Shown: in pieces, positions 24,811 through 33,841 of the stretch
Position numbering within the stretch: position 1 is the first letter of the stretch
Layout of the letters: the number at the start of each line of letters is the position of its first letter
From: a virus
Length of the DNA stretch: 64,000 nucleotides
IMG/VR virus record: IMGVR_UViG_3300029893_000002
Strand: one strand, 5' to 3'
Program-made: the position numbers and the translations under genes
The notes under the pieces: generated by a model
What the model was told of the DNA's origin: nothing
What the model saw: only the letters and a program-made list of their open reading frames with translations
Databases searched by the model: none

Positions 24811-26000
24811 TCGTCTCTCGTCTCGGACTCCTCGAACCCGAGCGCGCCGGCGTGCCGAGGGGTCTCGGCGGCGACGAGCTCCCCGTCGATCTCCTCGACG
24901 GGCACCACGAAGACCGAATACTTCGTCTCGGCCGTCTCGCGCTTGAGCCCCGCGACGTTCTTGTAGGAGAGGCCGACGACCACGTGCGGCGGATCGTAGG
25001 GGCGGATGTCGTGGACGTCGCCGTCGATCACCGGAAGGCCCATGAACGTCGCCGGCAGCTCGTGCTTGCGCGTCATGAATACGACGGCCAAGCGCGATCC
25101 GCGCCCGAGCTCGTAGACGACGTCCTCCATGTTGCGGCCGCTGTAGCTGAACGTGAGGTCGTAGTTCTCGGGCGGCCGTCGCGCGGGAACCTTCGTGTAG
25201 TCGTAGAAGACCGCCCCCGGGACGGCGTAGAAGAGGTCCGGAAAGACGAGCTCCCACGGGATGTCCGAGTAGACGTTCATCCGGAACATCGGCACTTCGC
25301 CAGAAGCGCGTGCAGCCTCGACGGCGCGCTCGACCGCATCGACCATCATGCGCATGAAGGCCACGGGCGCGCGCAAAAGCGCCTCCGAGCGCGCCCTCTT
25401 GATCGCCAGGAGGTAGAGTCCCTGCGTGTTGCGGCCGCTGTTGACGAGACAGGTCGCGCGACACTCGCGGACCGACCGGTAGCAGAACGTGCCCCGCATC
25501 CCCAGCTGCCGGAGCGTCAGGCGGTGCGGTAGGAGCGAGAGACCCATGACGTGAACCGGCTTCGTGCGGCGCCTCACGAGCCCGCGGCGCGGCGCATCGA
25601 TCCGCGGGGGCTTGTCCATCTTGTAGTTCGTGCCGAGGAGCGCGCGCGCCATCGATCCCGGCCGGTCGTAGACCGCCGCATCCGGAAAGTAGGGGCGGAG
25701 CTCGGCGTGGGCCTCGTCGAGGCTCAGCTCCATCACGTCGGGAAGCGAGACCCGCGGCAGCCGGCTCCTGCGCGCCGCCTCGAAGGGCTGCTCCTCGAGC
25801 GGTGGCGCGTTCGCCGCGAGCGCTGGGGGCTCGTCGGCCTCTTCCTCGTCTTCGTCCTCTGCCGGGACGTCATCGAGCCGTACCTGACGGTCGGGGCCCG
25901 CAATCTCGCGGGCCTGCTCGATCGCCCGCGGCAGCGGCCCCTCGACGACGTCGAGGAGGTCGGCCGAGCCGTCCACGATCGCGTAGAGACGGCGGGTCAC
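24807..26000 (-). CDS. GP88-like phage protein
   Basis: C..C...CL..SGR, RMNVYSDIPWE, FYDYTK, NYDLTFSYSG. Confidence 0.8.
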   Translation of the reverse strand: MTRRLYAIVDGSADLLDVVEGPLPRAIEQAREIAGPDRQVRLDDVPAEDEDEEEADEPPALAANAPPLEEQPFEAARRSRLPRVSLPDVMELSLDEAHAELRPYFPDAAVYDRPGSMARALLGTNYKMDKPPRIDAPRRGLVRRRTKPVHVMGLSLLPHRLTLRQLGMRGTFCYRSVRECRATCLVNSGRNTQGLYLLAIKRARSEALLRAPVAFMRMMVDAVERAVEAARASGEVPMFRMNVYSDIPWELVFPDLFYAVPGAVFYDYTKVPARRPPENYDLTFSYSGRNMEDVVYELGRGSRLAVVFMTRKHELPATFMGLPVIDGDVHDIRPYDPPHVVVGLSYKNVAGLKRETAETKYSVFVVPVEEIDGELVAAETPRHAGALGFEESETRDE

Positions 26001-26431
26001 CCGATCTCCCCGATGGAGCCGAGGCACGCGAGGTACGCCTCGACCACCACGATCGATTTCGCCTGCTCCTCTCGCGGCAGATCACACCAAGGGACGAGGC
26101 AGTAGTGGGTCTTCTTGTCGGGATCCTTCTCGGGACCGTAGACCCAGCCCGTCATGCGCTTGTGGACGACCCAGTTGTCGTGGCTCATCCGCGGCAGCTC
26201 CTCGCGGAGCTTGTCGATCGAGCGGTCGGTGGCGAGTGCGATCTGCCTGTCCCAGAACGCGATCGCGTCCATCATCGATTCGCGCTGCCACGCAGGTGCC
26301 CGATCCCAGGGCTCGCCGGGCTGGCCGAGGCCGTGGACGGTGTACGCGTACCACGCCGCATGGCATGCGCACGCAAGTAGCTCCGCCCGGTCGAACGAGC
26401 AGCTGGTGCCGTAGACGACCGAGACGGTCAT
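25997..26431 (-). CDS. RyR-domain protein
   Basis: HDNW..K..GWVYGPEKDPDKKTHYCLVPW.DLP.EE..K. Confidence 0.85.
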   Translation of the reverse strand: MTVSVVYGTSCSFDRAELLACACHAAWYAYTVHGLGQPGEPWDRAPAWQRESMMDAIAFWDRQIALATDRSIDKLREELPRMSHDNWVVHKRMTGWVYGPEKDPDKKTHYCLVPWCDLPREEQAKSIVVVEAYLACLGSIGEIG

Positions 26432-26670
26432 CGATCGTCTCCGACGAGTGTCGTCTGGCCCTCGGCGAGCACCGCCGGCGGCTGGGCGAGATCCCGTTCG
26501 GCCTCCTCGAGCACGTCGAACATGGCCTGCCGCTGCTCGTCGAGCCGGCGTGCGTCCACGATGCCGCGCCGACCGAGGACGAGGTCCCGATAGGCCGCCA
26601 CGGCCTCGACAAGATCACTGTACGTGCTTGCAGTGGACATGCGGGGAGAATGGCCACCCTGGCTGGGCAT
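26428..26670 (-). CDS. Small hypothetical protein
   Basis: ATGA coupling. Confidence 0.55.
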   Translation of the reverse strand: MPSQGGHSPRMSTASTYSDLVEAVAAYRDLVLGRRGIVDARRLDEQRQAMFDVLEEAERDLAQPPAVLAEGQTTLVGDDR

Positions 26671-26671
26671 G

Positions 26672-27169
26672 TCAACGCTCGTAGGGGCGGCGAAGGACGT
26701 TGATGGCCTTGTCCGCGTCTCCCGCCGTCAGCCCGGTCCGGAAGCTCGTGAGGACGAGCCGGTCGATGAGGTGCTCCATGTCGTTGTCGTCGTCGAGGAT
26801 GACGAACGACTCGACGGGGCGACGGGTCGCGTCGAGCCACTCCTGGATCTCGAGGCCGCGTGGACAGCTCCGGACGCCGTGGGGCGGCAGCCTCGGCGTC
26901 TTGCCGATGATGCGGCCGGTGAACCCGCGTCGCTCGAGGATCTGGCGCAGATCCGCAAGGGCGTGGAGCTGACGCCAGGTCGAGCTCACCACGACGTCGG
27001 CGCCCGCGGTCGTGCAGATCCGGTCGAGCTCGGCGACCGCGGCCGGATCGACCTTGCGCACCCACCGCTCGAGGTCAGTGATGCCCTCCTCCGCTCTAGC
27101 GCCCTTCGTCATCTCGAAGAAGGCCCAACTGTTGAGGACCCCATCGAAATCGAGAAAGACGATTTTCAT
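26672..27169 (-). CDS. HAD phosphatase, Swiss-Army-Knife RNA-repair type
   Basis: FLDFDGVL, VVSSTWR, RG.EI..WL, FVILDD. Confidence 0.88.
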   Translation of the reverse strand: MKIVFLDFDGVLNSWAFFEMTKGARAEEGITDLERWVRKVDPAAVAELDRICTTAGADVVVSSTWRQLHALADLRQILERRGFTGRIIGKTPRLPPHGVRSCPRGLEIQEWLDATRRPVESFVILDDDNDMEHLIDRLVLTSFRTGLTAGDADKAINVLRRPYER

Positions 27170-27696
27170 GGCCGAAGCTCCCGGGTGCGCTCGATGGCCC
27201 CATCGAGATCGTCGGTCACGGCTCGGAGTGCCTCCTCCAGCGTATTGCAGTCGATGGGTGCATAGACGCGCTCGATCGGCATGAGGCAATCGGCGCAAAG
27301 GGCGTCACCGTCCCGGTGCGTGACCATGAGGAGCTCCTCCTCGAGTAGCTTTTGCCCGAGCAGTGCCCGCTGAGTCGGGCCCTCCGGGCCGCACGCGTCG
27401 ACGAGCTCCTTCATGCGCCCGCTCTCGACCGCCGCCTGCTGCGCGAGGTAGCGCGCGAGCGTGTGGTTCGGGTCGTAGGTGCAGATGCTGACCACGATGG
27501 GCTTTGATCCAGAGAGGAGCTCGATGCACTTCTCACAGCTCGGCTCGCGCTGCCGCGGTGACCGGTCGACCGTCACGTGCCGACCGCACAGGGTCACCGT
27601 CTCGGTCTCGCCCTTGCCGGGCGGAGAGGCCTGCCGCTGTGTCGCACACCACTTCGGCGACCGGTCGTCCACCCAGCGAATGCACCACGCCTTCAC
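27166..27696 (-). CDS. Hypothetical Cys-containing protein
   Basis: GTGA/ATGA coupling. Confidence 0.7.
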   Translation of the reverse strand: MKAWCIRWVDDRSPKWCATQRQASPPGKGETETVTLCGRHVTVDRSPRQREPSCEKCIELLSGSKPIVVSICTYDPNHTLARYLAQQAAVESGRMKELVDACGPEGPTQRALLGQKLLEEELLMVTHRDGDALCADCLMPIERVYAPIDCNTLEEALRAVTDDLDGAIERTRELRP

Positions 27697-27890
27697 GACA
27701 GCACGTCCCTCGCGCGCAGCTCGATGCGCGCCCCTTTCACATCCACCTCCACCATCGGAAGGCGGCCGCGGACGAACACGCGGAGCAACTTGGCGTAAGT
27801 GGTCCTCTGCTTGGGCCTCTTTCGCTCACGCGCGGGCACCGCGATGCGGACCCTCTTTCCTACCTTGCTCTGTAGCTCCGCGATCCGCAT
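27693..27890 (-). CDS. Small basic hypothetical protein
   Basis: Coupled to downstream gene. Confidence 0.55.
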   Translation of the reverse strand: MRIAELQSKVGKRVRIAVPARERKRPKQRTTYAKLLRVFVRGRLPMVEVDVKGARIELRARDVLS

Positions 27891-27904
27891 CGTGTCCCTG
27901 TACC

Positions 27905-29860
27905 GCCTCCAACCGCCATCCCCTCGGACGAACACCTCTAAGAGCCGCGCCTCCATACCGCACTTCATCGGGTCGCGTGACGGACCTCCACACCGCACTT
28001 CCACAAGCGACGGAGGCCCCATTCCTCCAAACCGCACCCTAATCACCAAACGTCAGAGGCCTCCAGGCCGCTCGAGACGGCCCGGTTGGACCAGGTGCTC
28101 CTAAGCCGCACCGGACAAGGAGCGGAAGGGCCTCCAAACCGCATGCGGCTGGCGACAAACGTGCGTGGCCGCACCCCAAATCGAATCCTCCGCAGAGCCT
28201 CCAGCCGCACCAGGCGGTGAGTCGCCTCCAAACCCGCACCCTGTTTTTTCGACAAGATCTGGGTGTGCCTCCAACCGCTGTGCCCACGTCGCGTTGATAG
28301 AGATGCAGCCTCCAAACCGCTACTCAGCCGCCCTCCAACCGCAACCGCTCATGTTCGTGGGCGCGCCTCCAAACCGCGGAGCGTCGACCTGTGACTGGCG
28401 CCTCCCAACCGCACCGCGCTCGTGTGGTGCCGCTCGCACCAGTATCCGCTCCTCCAACCGCATTTGCGGGGCGGCTCTGTCACCTCCAACCGCAACCGCT
28501 CGTTTCCATCCCGACCTCCGGTCTGCCTCCCAACCGCACCGCGCCACGGTCTAAGGCGGTACGAGTTCGCGACCTCCAACCGCAACCCGCTATGCATGGG
28601 CGACACCAGATCTCTCCCCTCCAGCCGCACCATCCGAAGATCCTCGTACGCCTCCAAACCGCATGGCTCTCCCAACCGCGCCCCGCAAATCCAAACCGCC
28701 TGCACGATCCACGATCGGTCCTCCAACCGCACCGAGCCCTCCTCCGCACCCATCGCCTTCGTTGCATGGCGCAAGGCCATTCACGCCCGCAACGAGAAGC
28801 TCCCGACTGCCCTCCAACCGCACGGCGCAACGGCATTCGCGCTCGACGACCTCCAACCGCACCCGCGCTCGTTGCGTCATCTCCGCACGGTGCCTCCAAC
28901 CGCACCATGGATGCACCACGTCGCAGCCTCCAAACCGCACCGGCCCTTTCCCGACCCCGCATCCGCAAGACGCCGGCAGGCGCCCTCCAACCGCACGCTC
29001 GTGGCGCAAGCCACCGGAGCTCCATGGCCTATCGTTCCTCCAACCCGCTCCTCGGCTAACTCGCACACGCGCCCGTTGCCTCTCGTGCCGGATCGTGAGT
29101 ACCTCCTCCAACCGCACAACTACCGACCCCGGCTCCTCCACCGCATCACTGGCATACCCGGGGCCGAACACCTCCAACCGCACGCTCTCGTCGGCATTGG
29201 TCCACCCCGTTTGCCTCCACCCCGCACCTGCTCTCGTTGAAGAAACGCGTGTGGATACACCCTGAGCCTCCAACCGCGGTTGGAGGCGGTCGGTGCCCAG
29301 GCTAGTTGGCCCCCGAAAACGAGCTCTGGTGCTCTCCGCGCGCGGGCCCGGGGACTCCTCCAAATCGCACCCGTCCTTGCTGCCGCCGGAAAAGCGCACC
29401 CGACCAGCCTCCAACCGCACACGCTCGCAATCGGACTGCCTCCGCCCATCAAGCGAGCTCCCGCTCCTCCAACCGCACACGCTCTCGTCGGTAGGGGCGC
29501 GCACGGCGGCGCCGTGCCCGGCACGACTACCTCCCAACCGCACACGCTCTCGTCGCATGGCGCACAAGGTGGACGCCGCCCTGTCCACGACTCCGGAGAA
29601 ACTGCTCCTCCAACCGCACCCGCGCTCGTTGCGCGCTCGCAGCCATGGAGTCGGACCTCCAACCGCACCCGCGCTCGTTGCGCGCTCGCGCGCAGCCATG
29701 GAGTCGGACCTCCAACCGCACCTTGCATGGCGCAAGGCACCGTCGCGCCTCCAACCCGCACCCGTTGCATGGCGCAAGGCCAGCACCGCGCCGCCCCCCC
29801 CAACAGAGCCACCATCCCCCTCCAACGCACCCGTCCTTGTTGCCGTGCCAGAGCTCGATG
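27905..29860 (-). repeat. Degenerate CRISPR trailer: roughly 35 copies (manual count) of the repeat core CCTCCAACCGCA at irregular spacing
   Basis: Core and indel variants recur; longer repeat remnants increase toward 29861. Confidence 0.75.
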
Positions 29861-30261
29861 CCTCCAACCGCACCCGCGCTCGTTGCATGGCGCAAGTTCC
29901 AGCGGCCGTCCCTTGTGAGGTATTCGATCGCGCCCTCCAACCGCACCCGCGCTCGTTGCATGGCGCAAGCGGCGAATAGCGCATAGCCGCGCATCGCCTC
30001 GGGCGCATCCTCCAACCGCACCCGCGCTCGTTGCATGGCGCAAGGTCCAGTCGCAAGGTGATAGAGCGTCGCACCGAACGACCTCCAACCGCACCCGCGC
30101 TCGTTGCATGGCGCAAGGTCGCACGTGAGGAGCAGCTCGGCCTCGAGCTCGGTCCTCCAACCGCACCCGCGCTCGTTGCATGGCGCAAGCTGCCCGAGGA
30201 CCTGCGCCATCTCGTCCAGCGCCTGCCTCCAACCGCACCCGCGCTCGTTGCATGGCGCAAG
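29861..30261 (-). CRISPR. CRISPR array: 6 identical 36-nt repeats (CTTGCGCCATGCAACGAGCGCGGGTGCGGTTGGAGG), 5 spacers of 36-39 nt
   Basis: Repeats start at 29861, 29934, 30009, 30082, 30154, 30226; spacers unique. Confidence 0.95.
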
Positions 30262-30396
30262 GGCCGCCGCCGAAGCATCGTGATTGCGCGCCCCTACCTG
30301 ACGCGCTGCGAGAGGCTCGGACGGCGGCCATTTCGTCCTATGGGGATTGTCAACGATCCCGTGGCGCGCCCGGGCGCGCCACCAAGCCTCTCGCGG
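30262..30396 (-). ncRNA. Structured leader, candidate guide scaffold, between effector stop and first repeat
   Basis: 10-bp helices GCGAGAGGCT/AGCCTCTCGC and GTGGCGCGCC/GGCGCGCCAC; GGCCGCCG/CGGCGGCC. Confidence 0.5.
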
Positions 30397-31887
30397 CTAC
30401 TCGCGGCCGCCGAGCTCGGTCGCCTCGCCGAGCCGCTCCTTGTCGAGCGCGTTCATGGCCGCCGTGACGTCGAGATGCCGCTCGTAGCCGCATCCCTGGC
30501 AAACGAAGAGCCAGCGGCGCAGGTTCATGTTCTTCTCGTCGGTGTGACCGCACGACGGGCACTTCTGGCTGATGTAGTGCGCGGGGACCTTCATCACCTT
30601 GATCCCGTACGACTCGGCGACCGATGAGATCGCCAGCATCAGCTGGTAGAACGGCCACTCCTGGACGAGCTTCCAGATGTCGTACCCGATCCGGTCGATG
30701 CCCTTCCAGTGCCGGATTCCGGAGAAGTCCTCGACGACGATCGTCGTCACCTCGTGCTCGGCGCACCACCGGACGAAGTTGTTGGCGAGTTGCCAGTTCT
30801 TCGTGTTGCGCCACCTGGCGGCCTTGCCGCGCAGGCGCTCGGTCGGCTGGAGGATTCGGCGGCGGCCGCGGCCGCGGCGGCCGCTCGCGCGCGAGTCGTT
30901 CTGGTAGCTGCGGCGGCGGCGCTGCATCTGCCGGAGGTACTGGACGATCTCGTTGCCGGGGTAGCGCCAGGTGCGGCCGCCGTCGGTCACCCCGACGAGG
31001 AAGTAGCGGATGCCGCGGTTGATGGCGCAGACCGACCCGCCGCCGGTCGCCCGCTCGACCCGCTTCTTGTACGGAATGTGCAAGTACCAGCGGCCCTTGG
31101 TCTCCTTGACGAGGAGATCGCCGTGCTTCCATTCGCCCCGGGCGAGTGCGCAAAGGACGCGGCGCTGGTAGCGGTCGCGCAACTGGATGGGGATCGTGTG
31201 GTAGCGGGGCTTGCCCGGCCCCTCCCGCAGCAGGGCGAAGCGAACCTCGACGGTGTTCTTGGCCGTCTCGCTGATCTTGAAGCCCACCTCGGCGGCCCGG
31301 AGGACGATGGGGTCGGTCCGCTTGTAGTGCGCGGGCGACTTGTCCATCCGAACGAGCGCCTCCCAGCGGTCGCGCCGCCACTTCGTCCAGACGCGCTTGG
31401 TGACCGCCGAGACGTGGCAGGGCGGAAGCTCCGGCGCCGAGCGGCACCCCATCCGGTAGGCCTCCGACTGGCTGATGCCAAGATCCTTGACCTTCCACTC
31501 GCCCCGCACGGGACGGCGCCCCTCGAGCAGGATGGGGTCGAGGTTCGCGGCGTCGCGCTTCCACATCTCGCGGGAGATGACGTTCGCCACACGCGCCTGG
31601 AGCTCCTGCGCGATGCGGAGATCCTTTCGGAGCGCCTTGGCCTCGTCGGGCGGCAAGAGCCGGAAGTCGACCCGGATCCGGCCTGTCGTTCGGACGAGCT
31701 CGGTGGTCGCAGTAGGATCCGCACCTGCGGTAGGCACCTCCCGAAGGAGGTGTGGTGCGGTTGCCCCTCGTACGGGGCCATTGGCGAGCCGGCCGGAAGT
31801 ATCTTCCCCGCTAGCGGCATCTTCCGGACGTTCCTCGCCTCCGGGCAGTGGAGTCTGCCCAGCAGATGCGGATCCTGCTACGGCCAC
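30397..31887 (-). CDS. TnpB/Cas12f-like RuvC effector, RuvC-I Asp replaced by Asn (probably nuclease-dead)
   Basis: RuvC-I CAINRGI (AAC codon), RuvC-II IVVEDF, SQKCPSCG..CQGCG Zn finger, RuvC-III HLDVTAAMN; GGAGG SD. Confidence 0.9.
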   Translation of the reverse strand: MAVAGSASAGQTPLPGGEERPEDAASGEDTSGRLANGPVRGATAPHLLREVPTAGADPTATTELVRTTGRIRVDFRLLPPDEAKALRKDLRIAQELQARVANVISREMWKRDAANLDPILLEGRRPVRGEWKVKDLGISQSEAYRMGCRSAPELPPCHVSAVTKRVWTKWRRDRWEALVRMDKSPAHYKRTDPIVLRAAEVGFKISETAKNTVEVRFALLREGPGKPRYHTIPIQLRDRYQRRVLCALARGEWKHGDLLVKETKGRWYLHIPYKKRVERATGGGSVCAINRGIRYFLVGVTDGGRTWRYPGNEIVQYLRQMQRRRRSYQNDSRASGRRGRGRRRILQPTERLRGKAARWRNTKNWQLANNFVRWCAEHEVTTIVVEDFSGIRHWKGIDRIGYDIWKLVQEWPFYQLMLAISSVAESYGIKVMKVPAHYISQKCPSCGHTDEKNMNLRRWLFVCQGCGYERHLDVTAAMNALDKERLGEATELGGRE

Positions 31888-31920
31888 CGGTTACCCTCCA
31901 TTGTCGTCGTCCACAATCTA

Positions 31921-32232
31921 CTACCCGATGCCGCGGGGCTCGTCAAGCACGTCGCTCCGAACGATGAGCGTGTCGGTCCAGCTGAGGGATGCGAGCGGCC
32001 GGCCGGCCGAGACCTGCCCGATGGCCTCGCCGAGGTTCGGCTCGCAGTAGCAGAGATAGGCGCCGTCGGGCCGCTCGGCCTCCGGGATGCTGAACAGCGT
32101 CCGCGCCACCGACTGGATGTCCTGGTAGCCGAACGGTCCTACGGCGGCGAGCTCGAGTGTGCCGCCGCGCCGCTTGAAGGTGAGGAGCCAGCTTGGTGTG
32201 GTGGGTCCGGGCTGCTTAGTGGTCTCCGCCAT
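31921..32232 (-). CDS. Hypothetical 103-aa protein directly upstream of the effector
   Basis: Follows a TTGACA promoter, same strand as the effector. Confidence 0.7.
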   Translation of the reverse strand: MAETTKQPGPTTPSWLLTFKRRGGTLELAAVGPFGYQDIQSVARTLFSIPEAERPDGAYLCYCEPNLGEAIGQVSAGRPLASLSWTDTLIVRSDVLDEPRGIG

Positions 32233-32242
32233 GGATGGTGCG

Positions 32243-32286
32243 AGGCTACCGGGCCCGAGAGGGCTGTCAACGGGGGATGCTATTCT
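32243..32286. promoter_or_regulatory. Divergent promoters: minus TTGACA-N16-TAGCCT; plus extended -10 TGCTATTCT
   Basis: Read directly between 32232 and 32293. Confidence 0.6.
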
Positions 32287-32292
32287 CCACAT

Positions 32293-33348
32293 GTGGATGC
32301 TCTTGCCCTTCTTCCGGAACAGCGGGACAAGGTGGTCCGCTTCGGCGGGGGCAGTCCGCACCGGCTCCGGCTTCACCTCCTCGCGCTCGTCGCCTTCCTC
32401 GAGCAGCAGCCCGAGAACACGCGCCGTAGCTACGCAGCCGCCCTCCGGCAATTCTTCGAGTGCCACGACTGGATCTGCCCCGAAGAGGTCACCGTCCGGC
32501 ACGTGACCGAGTACAAGCGGGCGATGATCGAGTCGAAGCGGGCGCGCTCGACCGTCGCCCAGCGGCTCGCCGCCCTCTCGAGCTACTTCGAGTTTCTCCG
32601 GCGGCCGATAGGCGCCGCGGAGAAGCCCATCCTCACCTTCAACCCCGTCCGGAGCGTCAGCCGCAAGGACGTCTCGCAGCAAAACTACCGGACCGCCAAG
32701 GCGATCGAGTGGGAGAAGATCGAGCGCATGCTCGAGGCGATGCCGGACGACGTCATCGGATGCCGTGACCGGGCCATCCTGCTCTTCTTTGCCTACACGG
32801 GCCGGAGAAGGAGCGAGGTCGCAGCGCTGCGGATCCGTGACCTCGACCTCAACAGCAACCCCATGACCTATCGGTGCCGCGTCAAGGGCGGCCACGTCGA
32901 GACCTTCGAGCTTCCGACCATCGTCTACGACGCCATCAAGCGCTACTGGGTCGCTTCGGGGCGGCTTCCGCGCATGACCAAGGACAGCGCCGTCTTCACC
33001 CACGTCCACCGGCTCGGCGTCACCATGCGCAAGCGGCCCGAAGCCACGATGAGCGACAAGGCCATGAGCGAGGTCCTCAAGCGCGCGGCACGTCGCGTCG
33101 GGCTCGACGGGGACCCCGAGCTGCATCTTCACGCGATCCGGCACCGCTACGCCGAGGACGCCGAGGCTGGGGGCGCAAGCTCGCGCGAGATCCAGAAGGC
33201 CCTCAGCCACAAGTCGCTCAAGACGACCGAGGCCTACCTGGCGAGGCTCGGCAAGGTCAGGGGCGCCCTCGCCGACCCCGTGTCTCGGGTTCGGCAAGGA
33301 GCCCCGCGTCGAGGAACGAAAGGTAGCCCTCGTCCGGGCTCGCGATAA
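32293..33348 (+). CDS. Tyrosine recombinase/integrase (XerC/D-like)
   Basis: N-terminal SAM-like domain; TGRRRSE, KGG, HAIRH, LSH, TTEAY; full R-K-H-R-H-Y set. Confidence 0.93.
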   Translation: MDALALLPEQRDKVVRFGGGSPHRLRLHLLALVAFLEQQPENTRRSYAAALRQFFECHDWICPEEVTVRHVTEYKRAMIESKRARSTVAQRLAALSSYFEFLRRPIGAAEKPILTFNPVRSVSRKDVSQQNYRTAKAIEWEKIERMLEAMPDDVIGCRDRAILLFFAYTGRRRSEVAALRIRDLDLNSNPMTYRCRVKGGHVETFELPTIVYDAIKRYWVASGRLPRMTKDSAVFTHVHRLGVTMRKRPEATMSDKAMSEVLKRAARRVGLDGDPELHLHAIRHRYAEDAEAGGASSREIQKALSHKSLKTTEAYLARLGKVRGALADPVSRVRQGAPRRGTKGSPRPGSR

Positions 33349-33841
33349 CGCAGTCGAGTAGCCGAAGGCCCAGGAGATCGAGCAGGACGACGAGCTGCTC
33401 GATCTCCTCGACACCCTTCGCGTAGATGTCGCTCGTGTAGTCAGCGAGCGATTGGGGCGGCGTCACACGGACCACGATGATCGCCACAGCCGCGCCGACC
33501 ATTGCATCGCGGATGATCGTCTCTGGATCGATGAGGAGCTTGTCAGTATCCACGTCGTACCGGAGCGTGTTCATCGGCCCATTCTTCGCATCGAGGTGTA
33601 TCGCGACGAAGAGATGGCCGCCCGTCGCTCGTTCGGCCACCCACTCGCCGTCGCGACCCATCACCAGGTCGACGACGTCCCTCGACGAGCCGATGCGGCG
33701 GCGGCGAGACTCCATGCCCGCTAGACCGGTCCGAATCTCGAAGGCGGCATGGTCGCCAAGCAGCGGATCGAACACCTCGTCCCGAAACGCGATACCCGCT
33801 CGGTTCGGGTAGAAGTGCTCCCGGGTCTCGCGATAGCTCAC
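33257..33841 (-). CDS. Degenerate RadC/JAB-like protein (HNHPSG motif lost)
   Basis: SSRDV..LDAKN..IDP..IIRDA..LLD.VI..YLSF; VRVTPP where HNHPSG is expected. Confidence 0.7.
   Translation of the reverse strand: MSYRETREHFYPNRAGIAFRDEVFDPLLGDHAAFEIRTGLAGMESRRRRIGSSRDVVDLVMGRDGEWVAERATGGHLFVAIHLDAKNGPMNTLRYDVDTDKLLIDPETIIRDAMVGAAVAIIVVRVTPPQSLADYTSDIYAKGVEEIEQLVVLLDLLGLRLLDCVIASPDEGYLSFLDAGLLAEPETRGRRGRP

Noticed and set aside
28349-30331. Long ORFs across the CRISPR region with repeated peptides (LRHATSAGAVGG, PCAMQRARVRLE)
   Set aside because: They are translations of the stop-free GC-rich repeat, not repeat proteins.
30397-31887. Active IS200/IS605 element
   Set aside because: No Y1 or serine tnpA and no recognisable IS end hairpins; a CRISPR array follows instead and RuvC-I is mutated.
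30709-32292. N-terminal extension of the 879-aa recombinase ORF
   Set aside because: It is antisense to the effector; the recombinase domain and promoter point to a start at 32293.
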